Shown: positions 59,949 to 64,000 of the stretch, in pieces
How the letters are laid out: each line of letters begins with the position of its first letter
How positions within the stretch are numbered: position 1 is the first letter of the stretch
Source: Escherichia phage Bp7
Sequence record: NC_019500.1
Direction: 5' to 3' (one strand)
DNA: 64,000 nucleotides
Notes under the pieces: model-generated
The model's database searches: none
Told to the model about the DNA's origin: nothing
The model's input: the letters and a program-made list of their open reading frames with translations, nothing else
Translations under genes and position numbers: made by a program

Positions 59949-60116
59949 ATGTCAGATAAGATTTGCGTTGTCTGTAAAACTCCAATCGATGCTGCATTGG
60001 TTGTTGAAACAGAAAAAGGTCCGGTTCATCCGGGTTCATGTTATAATTACGTTCAAAGCCTGCCTGTTACGGAAAACACTGAAGAACAGCTGAACGAAAC
60101 CCAATTACTACTTTAG
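59949..60116 (+). CDS. small zinc-ribbon-like protein (55 aa; uvsY.-2 position)
   Basis: MSDKICVVCKTPID...HPGSCYNY with CxxC...C spacing; SD aaggag upstream. Confidence 0.4.
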   Translation: MSDKICVVCKTPIDAALVVETEKGPVHPGSCYNYVQSLPVTENTEEQLNETQLLL

Positions 60117-60143
60117 TCTAGTGAGTCTAGCCCTTTAGGGTTA

Positions 60144-60173
60144 CCGGCCCTTCCGAAAGGTTGGGCCTTTTTT
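60144..60173 (+). terminator. rho-independent terminator at the convergence of the uvsY operon and uvsW.1
   Basis: stem ggccc...gggcc followed by TTTTTT. Confidence 0.55.
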
Positions 60174-60175
60174 GT

Positions 60176-60403
60176 TTAGAAATCTTCCTCTTCCTCGTCG
60201 TCCATCGACTCCAATTCAGCTCTCTTACCAGCCAATGCATCACGCACGCTAATATCATCCGAATCACGAAGTTCGGCTTCCTTACTACGAGTTTTGTAAT
60301 ACTTTTCCAATTCCTTCAGACCATCCATAGTCTGACAAGAACCAATTTTAGCCATGAAGCTTTCAATAGATGCTTCCTGAATAACTTCTTTAAAGGTTTT
60401 CAT
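60176..60403 (-). CDS. UvsW.1 small acidic protein
   Basis: 75 aa (T4 UvsW.1 76 aa) with acidic C-terminal tail DDEEEEDF. Confidence 0.6.
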   Translation of the reverse strand: MKTFKEVIQEASIESFMAKIGSCQTMDGLKELEKYYKTRSKEAELRDSDDISVRDALAGKRAELESMDDEEEEDF

Positions 60404-61182
60404 AATATTTCCTCGAAAAATTTGGTAACCATTTTACCGTAATGCACATTAGGATAACCGGCTTTAATGGCTTCTTTTGTAAATTTACCAACTTTAAGCT
60501 TTCCTGTATTTATCCAAAGCTCTTTAAGCTCATCATACATTAACCAGTGTGGATATTTCTTAGCCAAAGTAGCTTGCCAATTTTTAGAATGGTCCTCAGA
60601 CCTAAACGATTTCTTTACACCTTTATTGGCTTTGCCAGCTTTTGAACACGTTTCATAATCTCCGGCTTTAATAGGTGTAAATCCTTTCATTGCTTTAGAC
60701 CTTTTGGCTATGGTCTCTTTGGATTGCTTGGAGCCTTTATTTTTGGTCCAAGCCTTTTCTAAAGCTTTTAATTTGGCTTCTGTTAATCCAACTTTAGCCA
60801 TAGCTTTTCGGTGTATTTCTCTTCGTTCATCAGTCCATTCATAAGAACCGTTTGTATTACCAATCATGGCTTCGCTTATTAATCTAGAAGCATTTTCTTT
60901 TAAAATGGAAATAGACCTAGAGCTTATCTCATTTAATCTTTTGCCACATGTCATACCAAATGCGGCACGCCATAATTTTCCACCTTGAGCTTTAGCCAAG
61001 ATTATATGGCCCAAAATATGTTCCCTAATAGTCAATGCAACTAAATTGTTAGGGTCATCGGAACCACCTATCGACTTAGGAATAATATGATGAATTTCGA
61101 TTTTACAGGGCGCAGTAGCTTTGGTCCATCCTCTGGACCTAGCATTCTCTATTAAATCATCGTAAATTTTCTGATAATTCAA
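60400..61182 (-). CDS. free-standing HNH homing endonuclease inserted between uvsW and uvsW.1
   Basis: 260 aa; N-terminal HNH motif CKIEIHHIIPKSIGGSDDPNNLVALTIREH; basic C-terminal DNA-binding-like region; start and stop overlap both neighbours. Confidence 0.75.
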   Translation of the reverse strand: MNYQKIYDDLIENARSRGWTKATAPCKIEIHHIIPKSIGGSDDPNNLVALTIREHILGHIILAKAQGGKLWRAAFGMTCGKRLNEISSRSISILKENASRLISEAMIGNTNGSYEWTDERREIHRKAMAKVGLTEAKLKALEKAWTKNKGSKQSKETIAKRSKAMKGFTPIKAGDYETCSKAGKANKGVKKSFRSEDHSKNWQATLAKKYPHWLMYDELKELWINTGKLKVGKFTKEAIKAGYPNVHYGKMVTKFFEEIL

Positions 61183-62682
61183 AGCTGCACCTCTTTCATA
61201 ACATAATTAAATTTCTCGTCGGCGTATCGTTGTATACGTTCCAATCCATGTTTCAGGCAATAATTTAAATGAACATATTTCTTTTTAGAATCTTTAGATT
61301 TAGGGCGGACTCCCATATCATCCACGAGGTCCCAGACTTGGGCCACTTGTTTGCTATCGTGCTTACGTAGAACACGCCCAATTGTTTGCAGAACAATGAT
61401 TTTAGATTTTACGCCGTGAGCAAATACAACGTGGTGAAGGTTCTTAACGGAAATACCAGTAGAGAACACACCATAACTTGCCACAACAATAATACCCTTA
61501 CCATTTTCCGCCATTACTTTCAGAGCATTACGCGTTTCGGTATTAACTTCACCTGATACGTAATAAACTTCTTTATGTTGCTCTTTAACCATTTCAAAAA
61601 GAGTTTTACCGTGTTCGATGTTTTTAAACATCAGGAATACGTTCTCTTCTTTCTTAGCGAGTTTAACAGCTAAATTAGCAACCCATTTATTACGACGAGT
61701 AGCCTTAGTAATGACCTTGATTTCTGATTGGTAATCTTTACCTTTCATCTTAACAGTGAATTCGTCTGGGTATCGAAGGAAAATACTGTTGATTTTAAGG
61801 TCGGTAACCTGTCCTTCTTCCATTAACTGGGAAGTGGATACCGGCTTAAACACATCACCAAACAAACCCATATATTGCATTAAATTAGCTTTACCATCTT
61901 TTAAAGAACCAGACAAACCGAATTTAAACATACAGTTGGTTAGGCCTTCGATGATAGTAGAAATAGATTTACCTGTAGCCAAATGGCATTCGTCGTTCAT
62001 AAACATACCGAACTGAGCAAACCATTCTTTAGGTTGCTTGATAGCAGTTTGATAAGTTGAAACGTAAATCATTGCATCAGAATCACGAGCAGTACCTGAA
62101 CGAATACCAAGCATTGCTGCTTTAGGGAACAATCGATAATCGATGAAGTCATTAATCATCTGGTCGACAAGTGCAGTAGTAGGAACCAGAATAAGGATTT
62201 TACCTTCATAGTTCTCAACGTAATATCGACTCAGGAGCGCCTGGATTAATGATTTACCTGCGGATGTAGGTAAATTCAGAATTGCACGACGTTTTGTCAG
62301 GCCGTTGTATACGGCTTCATTCTGATACCAATGAGGCTCAATCTTGGTAGACCCTGAATAAATTTCTTGAGAAGCTACCCATGAATCAAAATCTTCACGA
62401 GAAATATCTTCCTGTTCAAGAATACGCGGGTCAATCCACAGAGAATATTCAAATTGTTCAGCGAACTTTTTAATTTGAGGGACAAGTCCATAAGGGCAAG
62501 TTTACGGCAGTTACGTAATCTAGAAGAAGAAGACTTCCATCCCATTGCCCATAACGAAATTTAGGGTTGAATTTATATCCATCGGCTTCAAAGCTAAAAT
62601 AGTCTCTGAGTTCGTAGAATGTGGATTCATCACACTCAATACGAACATGACTAAAATTATCGAAATGTACTTGAATTTGCAT
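61179..62682 (-). CDS. uvsW: UvsW helicase (SF2); reading frame needs a 1-nt correction at the G-run 62494-62496 (ORFs 62470..62682 and 61179..62159)
   Basis: N-terminal ORF VHFDNFSHVRIECDESTF.ELRDYFSFEADGYKFNPKFRYG.WDG matches the T4 UvsW N-terminus; the -1 frame continues with PYGLVPQIKKF...NLPTSAGKS (Walker A), DECH, QTIGRVLR. Confidence 0.8.
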
Positions 62683-62696
62683 AAGTAATTCTCAGT

Positions 62697-62704
62697 TATA
62701 AATA
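62697..62704 (+). promoter_or_regulatory. T4 late promoter TATAAATA for inh
   Basis: TATAAATA 34 nt upstream of ATG 62738. Confidence 0.55.
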
Positions 62705-62710
62705 TAGTTA

Positions 62711-62718
62711 TATTTATA
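62711..62718 (-). promoter_or_regulatory. T4 late promoter TATAAATA for uvsW
   Basis: plus-strand tatttata = minus-strand TATAAATA, about 29 nt upstream of uvsW ATG. Confidence 0.55.
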
Positions 62719-62737
62719 CACCAACAAGAGACTAATT

Positions 62738-63409
62738 ATGGATACTCAATATATTGAAGAGCTTCGTGCACTCGAAGATAAAAAAGAAGCTAAAGCTAAG
62801 TTAATCGAATACGGCGAACAGTTCGGTTTAAAACTTAAGAAAACCCGTTCGTTTGATAATTTGATTATCGATATCTCTGAAGGCCTTAAAGCCCTGGCTG
62901 ATGAACCACTTCCAGAAACCGAAGGGTTGTCTATTTCTGATTTGATTGATGCTGATAACGAACTCACCGGTGGTAATGACTTTATCGAAGGTGTAGAACC
63001 AGCTAAAGAAGAAGCCACCCTGTTGTTCGATGCTCCTGAGGCTGTAGTCGAAGTCATTGAGGTAGCCGAACTTCCTAAGGTCGAGATTATTGAAGAAGAT
63101 GTCCCATTTGACGAAGAGAAATTCAAAGAGGCTGTAGCCAAGGTTGTTGAATTGGAAAAACCTGTATTCTCTTTACCTGAAAACTTCAGCCCTAATCTTT
63201 TGCTTATCGGTAAGAACCCTGGCTATTGCACCGTTCCTTGGTGGATTTACCAATGGATTTCTGAGACCCCGGATTGGAAAGAACGTCCAACTGCTTTCCA
63301 ACATCCTTCTGCCCACCAAACATTATTTAGTCTGATTTATTACATTAATCGTAATGGTTCAGTATTAGTACGTGAAACTCGTAACTCATCTTTTGTCACT
63401 TTAAAATAA
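62738..63409 (+). CDS. inh: probable Inh (inhibitor of prohead protease); by size and position
   Basis: 223 aa, acidic, between uvsW and hoc as in T4. Confidence 0.5.
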   Translation: MDTQYIEELRALEDKKEAKAKLIEYGEQFGLKLKKTRSFDNLIIDISEGLKALADEPLPETEGLSISDLIDADNELTGGNDFIEGVEPAKEEATLLFDAPEAVVEVIEVAELPKVEIIEEDVPFDEEKFKEAVAKVVELEKPVFSLPENFSPNLLLIGKNPGYCTVPWWIYQWISETPDWKERPTAFQHPSAHQTLFSLIYYINRNGSVLVRETRNSSFVTLK

Positions 63410-63418
63410 GGGTTTATT

Positions 63419-64000
63419 ATGGCTTATACCGTAGATATGGCTCCTTTGGCGGCTACGGCCGTTATTGGAGCAACAACCAATTTCACTGCGACCGGTTCCG
63501 GTGCTGCAGCTGAAGGTACCGAATCATTTGTCTGGACCGTTGATGGCGTTCCTCAATCTTCTGTGACTGCTGCAATGGATTATGTTGCTGTTGGCCCGGC
63601 AGGCAGCAAGACTATTAAAGTTGTTGCAACAACTACACCGGCGGACGGCGAACCAGAAACAGCTGAAGCCGAAACAACTTTAACTATCCAGAATAAAACC
63701 ATTTCCGGTGTTTCTGTGACATTAACCCCAGCTTCGATTAATGTTCCGGAAGGCACTCCAGCTTCTTTTAAAGCGGATGTGGTCGGCGCTCCTGCTGGTG
63801 CTACTTTTGCCTATTCTTGGAAGAAAGACGGTTCTCCTGTAGTTGGCACCACGGATACTCTAGCAATCGATACAAGCACTGAAGGTTCACAGGTTATTGA
63901 AGTTTCTGTTGTGGTTTCGGCGACTGATTATAACCCGGCGACTGTCACAAAAACCGGTAATGTAACAGTCACGGCTAAAGTCGCACCGGTTCCGGATGGC
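63419..64000 (+). CDS. hoc: Hoc outer capsid decoration protein, N-terminal part (3' end outside window)
   Basis: Ig-like repeats with T4 Hoc signatures: FTAT.SG, KTIKVVAT, GEPETAEA.TT.TI.NKT, FAYSWKKD.SPV.G.T, TDYNPATVTKTGNVTVTAKVAP. Confidence 0.8.
   Translation, partial: MAYTVDMAPLAATAVIGATTNFTATGSGAAAEGTESFVWTVDGVPQSSVTAAMDYVAVGPAGSKTIKVVATTTPADGEPETAEAETTLTIQNKTISGVSVTLTPASINVPEGTPASFKADVVGAPAGATFAYSWKKDGSPVVGTTDTLAIDTSTEGSQVIEVSVVVSATDYNPATVTKTGNVTVTAKVAPVPDG

Overview
This window is a contiguous segment of a T4-like (T-even, Tequatrovirus-type) myovirus genome, AT-rich and densely coding, with gene order and orientation syntenic to T4 read on the opposite strand. Left to right: topoisomerase large subunit C-terminus (39 and 60 fused), rIIA, rIIB, small early ORFs, ndd, small membrane proteins, topoisomerase subunit 52, motA, an accessory early cluster, asiA; then on the minus strand holin t and tail-fibre genes 38, 37, 36, 35, 34; then on the plus strand rnh, dsbA, 33, 59, a segG-position ORF, 32, frd, td (no intron), nrdA, nrdB (split by a 1088-bp group I intron carrying an HNH endonuclease), denA, rnlA, alc, spanin pair, pseT, cd, 31, rIII, a 30.x accessory cluster, DNA ligase 30, two tandem alt paralogs; then minus-strand baseplate genes 54, 48, 29, 28, 27, 51; then 26, 25, uvsY; then uvsW with a free-standing HNH endonuclease between it and uvsW.1; and finally inh and the start of hoc. 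All calls rest on reading the translations and motifs against remembered T4 proteins and synteny; no database search was run. Most notable: (i) motA, nrdB exon 1 and uvsW each need a 1-nt frame correction at a short mononucleotide run (assembly error versus real pseudogenes); (ii) a YbiA/NADAR-like ORF and a HAD-like hydrolase sit just upstream of ligase and the duplicated Alt ADP-ribosyltransferases; (iii) many small ORFs are preceded by repeated PeSL-like early-promoter/stem-loop cassettes, two of them sequestering the Shine-Dalgarno sequence; (iv) three homing-endonuclease-type genes are present. No CRISPR array, tRNA or rRNA was found. I did not find a clearly novel multi-gene system; the best candidates for new biology are the NADAR/HAD/Alt neighbourhood and the unannotatable small-ORF clusters.
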